64,000 bases of DNA from Octopus bimaculoides (lineage: Eukaryota). The DNA lies in assembly GCF_001194135.2 (NCBI RefSeq), contig NC_068984.1, positions 97,022,538 to 97,086,537 of the forward strand, in the 5' to 3' direction. Every line of letters begins with the position of its first letter. The stretch's first letter is position 1. Below the pieces are notes generated by a model, which searched no databases, was not told where the DNA came from, and was given only the letters and a program-made list of their open reading frames with translations. Below, piece by piece: positions 13,097 to 24,949 of this stretch. Position numbers and translations under genes: made by a program.

Positions 13097-14470
13097 CGTT
13101 TCAACTCTTTGAATATATGTTTGTGTATGTAAAGGGGGGGGGTGAATGTGTGTGTGTGCGCGTGCACAATGGCAGTATTTGGGTTTACTTTTTGATTTGG
13201 TTGAATCTTGGTTGTTTTTCTTTTTGTTTTTTAGTCAGTTATTTTTAACATTTTGAAAGAAAAATGTCATTCTAAAATTGTTTTTTAACGTAAGCGTGTC
13301 CAAACAAGTCGAATGCTTACACAGAACAAGTTTTACAGCGACATCATCCAAACCGACCAGGTGAAACTGGGCTTAGCTGCTAGTACATTAATAAAGATAA
13401 GTCTAACACATTAAATTAACATGTAACATCTTCATTAACGCTACCACTGAATTTAGGACATTTATCTCTATCTATAAAAGTGAAATGGGCGAAAGTTGTA
13501 TGTTTGCATGTCTCATTTTGTGGTTATGCAAGGTTCAATGGCAGTAGGCATGCTCAGATTGCGGCAAAAATTTACAGGGACATGTCAAATGAGGCGAGGA
13601 AGCGACTGGACTAGCTGTGTTTACAAGGGCAACAAAAACCCAGACTTTGACAAGTGTTTGTCGTTTCTCTCTTTCGGATATCACCGTCTTCCCTGATCTT
13701 TCTCTTTCCTCCCTTCCCTCCACATTCTCTCTATAACGACGTATGACAGCTTCCACTCTCCCTCTCCGTCTTCGACGTCAATCTGTCACTATTTCTCCCA
13801 CCGCCTATCTGTATCTATGGAGAGAAAGCGTTGACAGCATTACTTCTGTAAGACAAGGGATTCCTCTGTGAGTGTGTGTGTGTGTTATTAATTTTTATTG
13901 ATTTGGTGGAAAATTCCTGAATAACCTTGTTTGTTGCTTATGACGTTATGGAAACACTTGCATTTATAAATAAGTCGACCATTTCAGATTTGTGTAACAA
14001 ATATCACTTTTGACAACTGATGTTATTGTAAAATTGGGTATATTAGAAAGTCTGAAGCAATAACTTTAAAAAGTAAAATAACATTTTATACAGTTTTTCT
14101 TGTCTGTTTGCATCACAGTCTCTCGCTTCCCTCCTTTTTTTTTTCTCTATTTATCTTTCTCACTCGTACCTTCTCCTCACTAACTCTCTCACTCCTCCCA
14201 CTCTTTGCTTCTCTCATTTCATTGATCTTCCACCAACACTACTGTCCCTAGCTCTTTCACTCTACCATTTGTGGTTTCCTAATGTTTACCTAATTAACTA
14301 ATTATGTAATTTACTGTGTGACTTCTTAATGCAATCATTAGAACAATTTCATGTATCATATTATATTGATGTGGATTGAGGAGAGTAGAAGCTAGTAAAT
14401 CGATTAGTTAAGCTACAGATTATCGGGTTCTTGTATTAATCTGTGCCATCATTGGTGTGAAGGTTGCATG

Positions 14471-14593
14471 ACATCACATTGTAGTTTAACATATTTTGTA
14501 ATGTAACATCACAATGTACTTTTACAAGTCTGTGTTCCATAACATCACATTGTACTTTAGTATGGTTATGTTACTAGATATCACATTGTACTT
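14471..14593 (+). repeat. Degenerate ~36-bp minisatellite with conserved ACATCACA(T/A)TGTA core (4 units)
   Basis: Cores at ~14471, 14506, 14542 and 14579, separated by divergent ~22-bp linkers. Confidence 0.75.
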
Positions 14594-14969
14594 GTATGTT
14601 AGGAACCAAAGGAGTTTCTTCTACATGGTAGCTCACTCTGCTGTAGATAGCAGCCAGATAACTCTCAACATACTTTCTGTGGTCTAAATGTAAGGAAACA
14701 TTGAATTAATGAAGTAAATGAGGTATTGACGCCCCACTGCATTCCATATTAATTTTAATTGAAATTCCAGATAGTCTCTCCCTGCCTTTTCTGACCAGCG
14801 TCAGTCATTTACATAATGATTGCTCTAATTACTAAAGCTGTAATTTTAATTAAAATTTCTTGTCTTACATTAATCTACACCACATTAAGTGTGCTAGTAG
14901 TACTTGATAAACAACATATGTCTGTTAAAATTCTCTCTTATCTATCAGTCTTGATTCCATACCTTGTAG

Positions 14970-15250
14970 CAATGTTTCTAAAATTGGATTCCAAGGGACA
15001 CCAGGATTCCGTGAGCATAAAGAGTCATTTAATAAAAAATTATTTTATTAAACAGTTGTTATTTGCCATTTTCTGAATAAGTTGTTAATTAATTTTATTT
15101 TTATGAATAAATTCTCTCCTTTGGACAATTTCTGTTCCATTTGATGTTTTTAAAATTATGGTGATGATGGTGGTGGTCCGTAAAATATTGATATGGGGCT
15201 CTGCAGTTTTTGTAAAATCATAAGCAAAATAAGTTTGGGAACCGCCACTT
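14970..15250. mobile_element. hAT (Charlie-like) MITE remnant
   Basis: Starts caatgtttctaaaattggattcc...ggattccgtgag and ends aagtttgggaaccgc, resembling hAT CAGTG(T/G)TTCCCAAA termini. Confidence 0.5.
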
Positions 15251-16829
15251 ACTCTCATATACATTTCCATGGAAATTCTGGTGTTTTATATTTTAGACTG
15301 CATTTTATATATATATATATATATATATNNNNNNNNNNNNNNNNNNNNNNNNNNNNNNNNNNNNNNNNNNNNNNNNNNNNNNNNNNNNNNNNNNNNNNNN
15401 NNNNNNNNNNNNNNNNNNNNNNNNNNNNNNNNNNNNNNNNNNNNNNNNNNNNNNNNNNNNNNNNNNNNNNNNNNNNNNNNNNNNNNNNNNNNNNNNNNNN
15501 NNNNNNNNNNNNNNNNNATATATATATATATATATATACAAAAGTCAAGGAATAAAAACTATTTCAAAAGCTCCTTAATCTTAAACATGTTTTTATTTGA
15601 AGAAAAACATGCAAAAAGTAATTAATTATAGAAATAAAATATCAGAGTTTTTAAGATAAATACAAATGTGCATAAATCTGTCTTCACATACAAGGTTATA
15701 TATCACATTGCTATCTGGATGTTAATACAAAAATGAAAATAAATTTTGGGATTGTATATCGTTGCTACATAGTTTTTCCATGTGATTCAGCTGTCTTCAC
15801 TCAACTAGAATATTTTCAACTCTGTCAAATAACTCTCAGTTACAAATCTTGAGCCATTATTATTCACATAACCACAAATGTCATGACATTTGAAAGAAAG
15901 ACATAATTTTTTATTTTGAGACTTAACTCAGTATTTTGATATCCAGTGCCAAGTTAGAGTTGGCGACAGAGTTGCAGCTCAGATACTATAAAAATAATGT
16001 AATCACTGAAAAAATATATATAACCAAGTGCGCATGGAGGTAATTCTAATTACGTAAGCAATTAGGTAAACTTGTTATTTTAAAACTGATTCTGTTAAAC
16101 ATCATACCATTCGCTTTAAAATTTACATACCTACTTTCAATACGTGGCAGTAAGATTATGAAATATTTTAATTTGAGAATGTTTTGTTCCAGTATGTATT
16201 TGCCTTATAGCTGCTGTTAAACATAGATTTTAGATTTTATTTTGATGAACATTAGCGTCATTGGTTTCAAGTTCCCAATGAATAACCTAACCATTAGTTC
16301 ACTGCATAGCTTATGGTGATTGTGTTACAGTGTTCTGTAACTTTGTGTCCCTGTCCAAATGTCCATGACGTATGAAATGTCTATGACAGGATTCCTCAGC
16401 TGGGTGGCCTAAATAAATATATTAGGTAATATTGATTTCTCTTAAAATCGCATACCTTATAAGTAAACAGAAATAGAAAGTTAAACAACGACCATGTTTT
16501 TCTTGAATACTTTAGTAGTGTCAAAGAAGAAAAGTGGTTGAATTAGGGGTGGAAACACGGTAGATAGAATTAATATCCATTAATAATCTGGTCTTATTCA
16601 AACTGTTGTGTGTCTTGCTGTCTATGTAGTTTAAAGGTGGCTCTTGATTAGATTTCATTCAACAGTTTATACAGCAGAATGTTGATCAATGTTCAACAAA
16701 CAAACTATGTGTCACCCACAGATATAGAGTTACAGAAATACCCTACCTCCTCCTAGTCCAAGACCATATATCAGGTTGGCACAAAAATGATTGTAGTTTT
16801 TAATTCTATACTTTGAAACAACATAGGAT

Positions 16830-19800
16830 CTTTTCTGTTTGGCTGCCAGCATTTCAAAAATTAAAGTTTATTGAAAATTTGGCACATTAATATACTTTTC
16901 CAAGCTAAGTTGCTGGTGTTATTTCACTTTTTCCAGAAAAATGTTTTTAAAAAGTTGTAGAGGTTTAAAGTTTGATCATTTTCACCCAATCAGAAAATAG
17001 GATTTGGAAGCTGTCATTTTGTGCGTGACAGCACATTTTGTTGTCAGCATCTTGAAAATAGCACGTATTGTCAATATTTGTACTCTACACACAGAAAACA
17101 AGTAAAAACACATCTTTTGTAGTTTGAAGCATTCAATATACATTTAATGTGATAGCATAAACTTAAAAGATTCATCCAAAAACGTTAATTAACTGTTATT
17201 TTTAACGCCCTCACTTAAGGCATCCCTTGGCTGGTGTACAAGGTTTATGAAATGTCACAATCTTACACTGAGACAGAGGACTCATAGTGCACAGAAATTA
17301 CCTGCTGACATACATGTAATAGATGTGCAAAAGAGCCACATGTTCTTTTAAGGTTCAAATCAAGAATTTTATCATTGACCCGACTATAAGTCACAGCAAC
17401 TTTTTTGATGTTGGAGAGCAAAGTTCAATTAGGAATCATGCCAATATAGTTATCCCATTAAGTCCATGCATTTTAGAAACCGTTGTTTATAATGTAAAAT
17501 TTGGATCCTTGATATCGCTAGTTGACTTGTTTATTTTATTGAGACTTAATTGCCTCAATACTTTCCCTTTATTTTTTGATTTATGCCTTTCATTATTAGG
17601 ACACTTTAGCAGCAACTGACACACAAAACCATGCAGTCGTATGTTCTGTGATTGGAAAAAAATGCAATAAACTGTTTGAAATTGTAAGGAAGTATATGAA
17701 ACATTGTGACAAAAATTGGAAGAATAAATGAAAGAAGAATCGAGTTATACTAATCATCGCTTTCACCAAATAACTAGTAAAACACCTTGGTTGTGATGGT
17801 CTCGTTGTATAACCCTGATCCTCGTCTTCACTTGACTGATCTTCATTAACTGATGAAGCACTGGGGCTAACAATTCTTGCACAGGCGAAGTCATTACATA
17901 GCTCGTCATCTTCTGCACCATCCATGGAATTTGAGATCCCGCACTTCGAAAATGATTTCAGCCCATGAATCTATCACCCACTGGCAAACAGTCTTACGGT
18001 CAGGGCATTTTAAGTTCCCAGCCTTTGTCATTTCCTTGTCACCACTAATTATCCATTCGTTCCACTTGGCATACATGTTCACCTTAGAAGGCTTGTTCAC
18101 CTACACATCGAGTGGCTGAAACACAGGAATCACACCTTGGTAGCTCCTTTAATCTATTTTTTATGCTGTCGATAAGATGAACCCTGAACATATTCCATAT
18201 AGCCCCTGGGCTCTTGAACTACACATTGTTTAACCAGTTCATTAATACGGCTTCATCCTCCCACCCTTCTCCTGAACATACACCACTATGCCCTTTGGAA
18301 ACTTCCCTTTTGGGAAAGTCTTTCTTTGAAAACAACAGCAGGGGTTTCATACCGTCAGCCATACAAGTTAAAATTGCAGTCAAGTGGGCCTTGTCGCTCC
18401 CCGTAGTTTTTACCGAAATTGTGTTTTTCCCTTTAATGTCAACTGTCCGAGTTCCAACCATATCAAAAACAAAGTGGGGTGTTTCATCCATATTACTGAT
18501 TGCTTCCAAGGCAAGCTTGTGGCTCTTTTGTACATCTATTACATGTACGTAATTTCTGTGCACTATGAGTCCTCTGCCTCAGTGTAAGATTGTGACATTT
18601 CATAAACCTTGTACACCAGCCAAGGGATGCCTTAAAATCAGACATATCATGTTCTTTAGTCACTTGGAGAGCCTACAATCTAATGATGTTTCTCACAACA
18701 ACAAGTCCGTTTGTGCATAGTTCAGTCACCCAATTTCTCAAAATAGTTTCCATCTCCTCATTGGGACCCAATCCTATCCTAATTTTCTTTAACATTTTGA
18801 TGTCAACAGGTTTCATTTTCTCCTGTTACAAACACCAGTCCCTGACCATTTTTTCTGAGACCCCAAATTCTCATTCTGCAGCTTGATTTGAATGTGACTT
18901 CGTGCATTCAACAACTTTCAGCATGAAAGTAATATCATACAAATTCCTCTTTCTCTTCATGTTAACAAATAACATAGCGTCAAATTGAAGAAAGACAGGT
19001 ATGATACAAAAACAAACAAGCATTAAACTCACTTTTTTAAAATTAATTGTTTATTTCATACTAACAGATGTAAAGAAATATCTAAAGAAATATCTAAAGA
19101 TTATCTTCCATATACTTCTCAGCTTCAGAATTAGTGATTCGGGTTTTTATGGTTATTCCAAGTGTCGGAACTTCAGATGTAGCTTGTATCTAGAAAATAT
19201 CTGAAGATTTTTTTATAGGATGCACTTATAAGTCGCACCACCAACCTTAGGTGAAAATTTTAGGGGGCAAAAGTATGACTTATAGCTGAGTATACATAGT
19301 AAGCAACACATCTTTTGTAGTTTGAAGCACTCAATATGCATCTAATGTGATAGCACGAGCTTAAAAGATTTATCTAAAATCATTATTTAGCTGTTATTTT
19401 TAGCACACCTCATAACCACCTCAATGACAAAAAGAAACAAGTAAACAACACGTCTTTTGTAGTTTTATGCATTTAATGTGATAGCTTGAACTTAAAAGAT
19501 TTATCTAATAACAAAATAGCACATTACAAATTAAATATTTTTAAAATACAAACATTTTGTTGACCAGTTCATAAATTCACATGCTCAATTGTCTACACAT
19601 GCTTTCTCACAGACAAAAGAGTTCTCATGTTCTGCTTGTTACTATGGAAACAGGCATGAATGTGTCTGGCTTATGATTGGCTAAAATTACCCCAAATTTT
19701 CAAACTTTAATTGCTAATAATTCTTTATTTACTGATTTATAGTGAAAATGATTTTCATATCAGTCATTAGCTTAATAAAAGTGTATCATTACACTGAATA

Positions 19801-19850
19801 TGAAATCAATTTGAACAGGAATTGATGCTGGTAGCCAAATGGAGAAGCTA
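16830..19850. mobile_element. Old foldback/MITE with diverged inverted arms enclosing direct repeats and a pogo insertion
   Basis: Arms ~16830-17000 and ~19670-19850, e.g. tttggctgccagcat / atgctggtagccaaat. ~105-bp direct repeats at 17107, 19305 and (partial) 19447. Confidence 0.55.
17340..19298 (-). mobile_element. Decayed pogo-family (POGK-like, DDE_1) transposon
   Basis: Minus frames read ISNMDETPHFVFDMVGTRTVDIKGKNTISVKTTGSDKAHLTAILTCMADG and WIISGDKEMTKAGNLKCPDRKTVCQWVIDSW, plus an N-terminal DNA-binding-like remnant at ~18700-18960. 5' terminus with ctataagtc motifs at ~19220-19298. Confidence 0.85.
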
Positions 19851-20129
19851 GAATAACTTTTATTAATCAGAATAACAACCGTTATTATTTGTTTACATGT
19901 TTTAAGGCCCCAGCCTATCTAATCAAGCAGATCTACAGGAAATTGCATTCTAGCCATGACCACATTGTCTAGTTTGTCCTTCTTTTGTAATTTTTAAGAT
20001 GGTGGAACATATGAGGAAGATTTTACTGATGTTTCTGGCAAGTCGATCGACTGTACAAAGGCTCCCACATTGGTTCACTGAAAGTTTCAGCTCCTGTACA
20101 GTGTTTATGAATCACCTCTGTTCATTTTA

Positions 20130-20211
20130 TTAAAGGAGATTTGTATAATTGTAATCAATAGATTCTGCAAATTCGGTCAATAAATCATTAATATGCTCAA
20201 TATATTTTATG
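20130..20211 (-). CDS. Candidate terminal exon of gene A (IKYIEHINDLLTEFAESIDYNYTNLL*)
   Basis: Acceptor gcattag, open frame, and AATAAA overlapping the stop (plus-strand tttatt 20126-20131). Confidence 0.25.
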
Positions 20212-20294
20212 CTAATGCAGCCAATAGATTATGTTAATATGGGTAATGGATTCTGCACTGCTCCATTTTAGAACAACCGCATAATTAGCTGCTG

Positions 20295-20505
20295 CTGTTG
20301 TTTAACCTCAACTCTGCTCTAGTCGAGTAAACCTAGTATCAAAGACATTCTAGTCGTGGTTATCTTGCCTTTTTTCCTAAGGTACAGGGATCCCAGAACC
20401 ACATTATCTAATGTGTCATTTCCTAAGACAGTGCACAATGAGCTGGAGATTTGATTGCTACTTCTAGCAGCTTGTGTGAACACGTAGAGGGTCACTCGTT
20501 GACAG
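20295..20505 (+). mobile_element. SINE-like family D copy (related copies at ~19900-20075, 36255-36690 and 42050-42240)
   Basis: Shared blocks gttgtttagcccc...atcaaa..cattc...gaccacattatc...gagatttggctgctatttctagcag. Confidence 0.7.
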
Positions 20506-21122
20506 CTCGCTGTAGTTGTTGGTTTTTGGTGCTGGTGGCGGTGGCAGCGGCCTTTTATTTCTTTTCTAAACAATAAATCTATTTTACTCTCTATCTCTCT
20601 CCCCTTGGGGACATTCTATTCTTTTTTATTTTTTGTTAATTATGCGTGTTTTAATGTTGTTAAACCTGATAAAAGAAAGGTATATGTTGGTTGCTATTTA
20701 TGCTCTCTCTCTCTCTCACACACATTATTATGACAGTGATGCTACTACAACAACCACATACAATGCACCTTCATTTAGTGTCACTAATGATTTCCTTCAT
20801 GATTTTCACAGCTGCTATGGTCCATTACTACTATTATTTTTTATTGGGACTGCTACCTCCACTAATATTAATACTATACCACTAAGAACCACCACTATTG
20901 ACTATCTCACCACCGTTCTTTTGATATTGTAACTGTCTCGTCCTACTTACTACTCCTACTATCATCACCACTACTATTTTGTATGGTCTGCAAGGTTATA
21001 GTTAAACTAGAGCCTGTTGAATTAGTTGACAAATGTTTTTATGTGTTGAAAAAAAATGTTAGAAATATATTTTGTGACCAAAAGTTTACATATTTAACAA
21101 AATAGAATGAAGGGGAAATACT

Positions 21123-21310
21123 TTATGGGCATGGATTTAGATGTTTGCTGTCGAGAGCTATTAAGACTGGAACATATTCGTAGTGGTCGCCTGTTTACAT
21201 AAATTAATTTGGGGAAATTTATTTATATTGAAATTATCTCCCCTTCTCTTTGAAGGTTGCCAGCAGTTGTCACCTGTTTTTTGCACTAGGTTTTTGCTTT
21301 CTTTCTCCAG
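21123..21310 (-). CDS. Candidate gene A exon pair 21274-21310 and 21123-21190 (83-nt intron); reading frame ambiguous
   Basis: Acceptor ttctctcttag, donor CAG|GTGACA, acceptor gtaaacag. One phase-consistent reading is LEKESKNLVQKTGDHYEYVPVLIALDSKHLNPCP*; a second frame is also open. Confidence 0.3.
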
Positions 21311-21746
21311 CTAAGAGAGAATTTTCAAATAATTGCTAAGTTTTTTATGTAAGCCATCTATTTCAGCACAAACAAACAAATACATGCATACACAGCTATG
21401 GCTAGGTGGTTAGGAAACTCACTTTAGGACCATGTGGTTTGAGGTTCAGTCCCACTGAGCAGCACCTTGGGCAAATATCTTCTACTATATAACCCTGGGC
21501 CAATCATTACCTTGTGAGTGAATCTTGTACAGGGAAACGGTTTGAAAGCCTACTCTGTATGTGCGAGTGTGTGTGTCCTCCCCACTGTTTGACAGATTGT
21601 GTTGGTTTGTCTACGTTTCCATAAATTGATAGTTTGTTGAAAAAGACTAATGGTACCAAACTTCAAAAAATAAGTACTGGGGGTGATTTCCAAATATTTA
21701 TATAGCACTCAATACAAATTTGTAAAGAAATGTATATAGATTTGAA

Positions 21747-22105
21747 GGCGCAGGAGTGGCTGTGTGGTAAATAGCTTGCTTACCAACCATATGGTTCTGG
21801 GTTCAGTCCCACTGCGTGGCACCTTGGGCAAGTGTCTTCTACTATAGCCTCGGGCCGACCAAAGCCTTGTGAGTGGATTTGGTAGACGGAAACTGAAAGA
21901 AGACCGTCGTATATATGTATATATATATATATATTTATGTATATGTGTTTGTGTGTCTGTGTTTGTCCCCCACCGTCGCTTGACAACTGATGCTGGTGTG
22001 TTTACGTCCCCGTAACTTAGCGGTTCGGCAAAAGAGACCGATAGAATAAGTCCTGGGGTCGATTTGTTCGACTTAAAGGTGGTGCTCAAATGACTGAATG
22101 ACTAA
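21747..22105 (+). mobile_element. Near full-length, CpG-intact tRNA-derived SINE family B; an older copy lies at ~21400-21680
   Basis: Pol III A-box-like TGGCTGTGTGG, B-box-like GGTTCAGTCCC, CORE-like accttgggcaagtg, and an internal (TA)/(TG) tract. Confidence 0.85.
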
Positions 22106-22142
22106 AACAGTGTAAATTCCATAGTTCACTCATTGAGGTTAC

Positions 22143-22546
22143 TACAAGTTTCTTGGCATAAAAGAAAGTGTTTAAATATGGTTTGGAAAGTAAATAAACT
22201 ATTTCTGTTTTATTAAGGGGTGTAACTCCTGTGTGACAGAAATTAATTCTTTTCAATTGATACAGCAATGAATCTAAAATGTTAATAGCAAAATGATAAC
22301 AAAAAACGGAAATACTAAAAAATTTACTGGATTGCGAACTAATATAAACATAAGAGTAAACAATTACATCATCATTTAGTTAAGGTGGAGGTGAACATAT
22401 ATTTTTTTGCTTCGTTGTTGAATGTGTGCAGATGGCAAAGTTGACTTAAATATTGACATGTATTCACTCTTTACCAACTATTGACTGAATATTCTCTGGA
22501 TGAAGGGAACTACATTCTTTAAAAGAAATACATGTTTTTAATACAT
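22143..22546 (-). CDS. Candidate gene A exons 22475-22546 and 22143-22273
   Basis: Acceptors ctgttag and ttaacattttag; donor TTG|GTAAAG. Phase-1 join reads DVLKTCISFKECSSLHPENIQSIVDSLLYQLKRINFCHTGVTPLNKTEIVYLLSKPYLNTFFYAKKLV. The downstream donor is weak. Confidence 0.4.
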
Positions 22547-22599
22547 CTAACAGTATATATTTTGTAAACCATTTGCAGACTATTCTTAAAAACTCAAGA

Positions 22600-22860
22600 G
22601 GCATATTTCAACAGTGTTTGGAAAACATTTTCAAAAATATTCCAGGAGTGTTGAGGCAGTAAAGTGCAACTTAGTTGAAATATTCTCAAAATTTAGTGCC
22701 TCAAATAATACTCTAGTCTTTGATAAGGGTGCTGAATTTGTCACCTTAAAACAATTCCTTAATTCAGTTCTTAGCTTGAAATAAAAATTATTGCGACATT
22801 ATTCACCCCGAATTGAATGGTGCTACAGAAATCTAAGAGTTTGCTAAACGTTCACTCTAG
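22600..22860 (+). mobile_element. Retroviral-type integrase core remnant
   Basis: SVEAVKCNLVEIFSKF...LVFDKGAEF, then HPELNGATE after a frameshift; resembles rve motifs DNGxEF and HPxSNGxxE. Confidence 0.45.
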
Positions 22861-24261
22861 AATGCAAAAGTGGGGATGAGGCACACACTATAAGATTTAC
22901 TGCATTTTTAACTTTGAGAAAAAATGTAATTTTTACAGTCTGTTTACTACCTTACAAAAACTATATCAGCTAAGCAAATGACCTTCTCGGAATGCATTAA
23001 AAACACTGTAACATAATCTGAACACTATTTCAGAAAATCATCACCGTTCTCTTTCAACATATAAAGACTAATCTAGCTGACACAAAATGAATAAAGTAAG
23101 GTAAATTCGCCTCTTCAGTTATCCAGAATTACATTTGAGAAAAGACTCATACACTTCAAAATCCATCCTTAAACATAAGATCAGAAATTCAACAAAAATT
23201 TTAAATATCTAGATCAAATTAAAAGAGGATCATGATATGAAATTAATGAAACTCGACTAAATCTAAAAACTCAGCATAAAATATTATCTATAGCCTCTTC
23301 ACAAACTGCTGGAGTGGCTCTCTTCATGATATATTATGCATCATGCAGTTAAAGAGAAGAAATTATTGAAATTAGTCATTACTCATTTTGTCCCATTTAA
23401 GACATGTTTTGAAACTTGAAAATGATCAAATTAGACATTGGTGTGGGGAGAAAAATTCACTTGGAATCCAGCAGAGAAAAGAATATTGATTGTTAAACAT
23501 CAAAAACTATCCTGGTATTTTATTAGCAACCTCAAATATTTTCTCTTACTATGATCACTCCGTTTCCTTTCCCTCTCTCTCTGTTATTTTATCAATAAGT
23601 GTCATTATAAAATTTCCCCTCTCCCTCTCTATTCCCTTTCTCTAAATCATCATACTGTTCCATTTAAGTTTTTCCTGCTTCCTTGCTAACTCTCTCCTTC
23701 TTACACAACACACTTCGAGTCCCAATCTTTTTTTTCTCTCCTTGACACCCTCCTCCCATATTTTCCCTCTCCATTCTAAGTCTTATCTCTCCATTCCTTT
23801 CAAAGCTCAAAATGTTCCGCACATGCGCACATACACACTCGGTTCACTGTTCATTCAGTTTTTTCTGCTCAAATCTACCAACTCCCCATATCATTAGATT
23901 CCGACATAGAGTCTGCCATTTTCTATATAAATGTGCACGCACACATACGTATGTTCAATGCTACATAAGCACAGTTAACTTATAAGAGGAGACACTTGAA
24001 AATATCAAGCAACTTTTCAAGAGTCTCTTCATATGAGTATTTGGGCATGTGTGTGTGAATTATATATATGTATTAATTTCATTCTCGAGCACAATCGCTT
24101 TTCACAAAAAAGGAATTTGGGTTTGTGTGTGTAGTAATTGTTTCGTTTACTATACAACACCAAACATAAGAAAAATTATCTATGCATTTGCTGAAGAAAT
24201 CAAATGAGACTATAATGCGTGTCCAGAGTTATGTTACAGCCTGCCTAATATCACATACCGC

Positions 24262-24660
24262 TGGCAGAAACGTTAGCACGCCGGGCGAAATGCTTAGCGG
24301 TATTTCGTCTGCCGTTACGTTCTGAGTTCAAATTCCGCCGCGGTCAACTTTGCCTTTCATCCTTTCGGGGTCGATAAATTAAGTACCAGTTACGCATTGG
24401 GGTCGATGTAATCGACTTAATCCTTTTTTCTGTCCTTGTTTGTCCCCTCTATGTTTAGCCCTTTGTGGGCAATAAAGAAATAAGAAACATTAGCACGCCG
24501 GGTATTTCGTCTGTCTTTGTGTTCTGATTTAAATTCCGCCGAGGTCAACTTTGCCTTTCATCCTTTCGGAGTCGATAAATTAAGTACCAGTTGCATACTA
24601 GGGTCAATTTAATCGACTGGCCCCTCCCCAACAATTTCGAGCCTTGTACCTAAAGTAGAA
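24262..24660 (+). mobile_element. CpG-intact SINE family A dimer with a 15-bp target-site duplication
   Basis: TSD AATATCACATACCGC at 24247-24261 and 24661-24675. Confidence 0.9.
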
Positions 24661-24672
24661 AATATCACATAC

Positions 24673-24683
24673 CGCGACTCCAT
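24673..24683 (-). CDS. Candidate first coding exon of gene A (ATG GAG TCG CG)
   Basis: aagagATGGAGTCGCG|GTATGT: a purine at -3, a strong donor, and a CpG-retaining context. Confidence 0.45.
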
Positions 24684-24930
24684 CTCTTGCTTTATTGAGG
24701 TGCCAATGTCAAATTCATTTTAAAATTTAGAGTTGTCTTCCCTGTTTTATGTAGATTTCGACCGTGATCCAATGTTACTATCTCCTGAATAGAGATAGAA
24801 TTTTCAGAGTACAGAGGTTGAGTAGATAGTAGGGATGGCATTGGACCGCATTGGAGTACAGAGTAAAAGGGCAATTAGACGGTGGTGATAGAGACTGGAA
24901 GCTATAACCACAAGTGTGGTTAAGTAGTAG
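24684..24930. promoter_or_regulatory. Putative bidirectional promoter A/D
   Basis: Local CpG retention inside a CpG-depleted domain. CCAAT at ~24770 and ATTGG at 24840 and 24850. Candidate divergent ATGs at 24683(-) and 24835(+). Confidence 0.4.
24835..24862 (+). CDS. Candidate first coding exon of gene D (MALDRIGVQ)
   Basis: gggATGG start and donor AGA|GTAAAA; the phase-1 end matches the exons at 29820 and 30021. Confidence 0.25.
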
Positions 24931-24949
24931 CGATAGTATTAACCCTTTT

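Noticed and set aside
14471-14593. CRISPR-like repeat/spacer appearance
   Set aside because: The core is only ~14 bp, non-palindromic and inexact; the context is eukaryotic with no cas genes.
14970-15010. Apparent exon MFLKLDSKGHQDS with a GTGAGC donor
   Set aside because: It coincides with a hAT-MITE-like terminus.
20323-20575. Apparent membrane-protein exons (SSKPSIKDILVVVILPFFL...) and an antisense KRPLPPPPAP frame
   Set aside because: Most of the segment aligns to the dispersed family D SINE also seen at 19.9 and 36.3 kb.
21311-21348. Plus-strand exon candidate LRENFQIIAKFF
   Set aside because: Its pyrimidine tract is the complement of a purine-rich minus-strand exon candidate, and no plus-strand gene context exists upstream of 24.8 kb. 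Not fully excluded.
21747-21830. tRNA gene
   Set aside because: The A/B boxes belong to a SINE head that continues into the SINE body; there is no complete cloverleaf.
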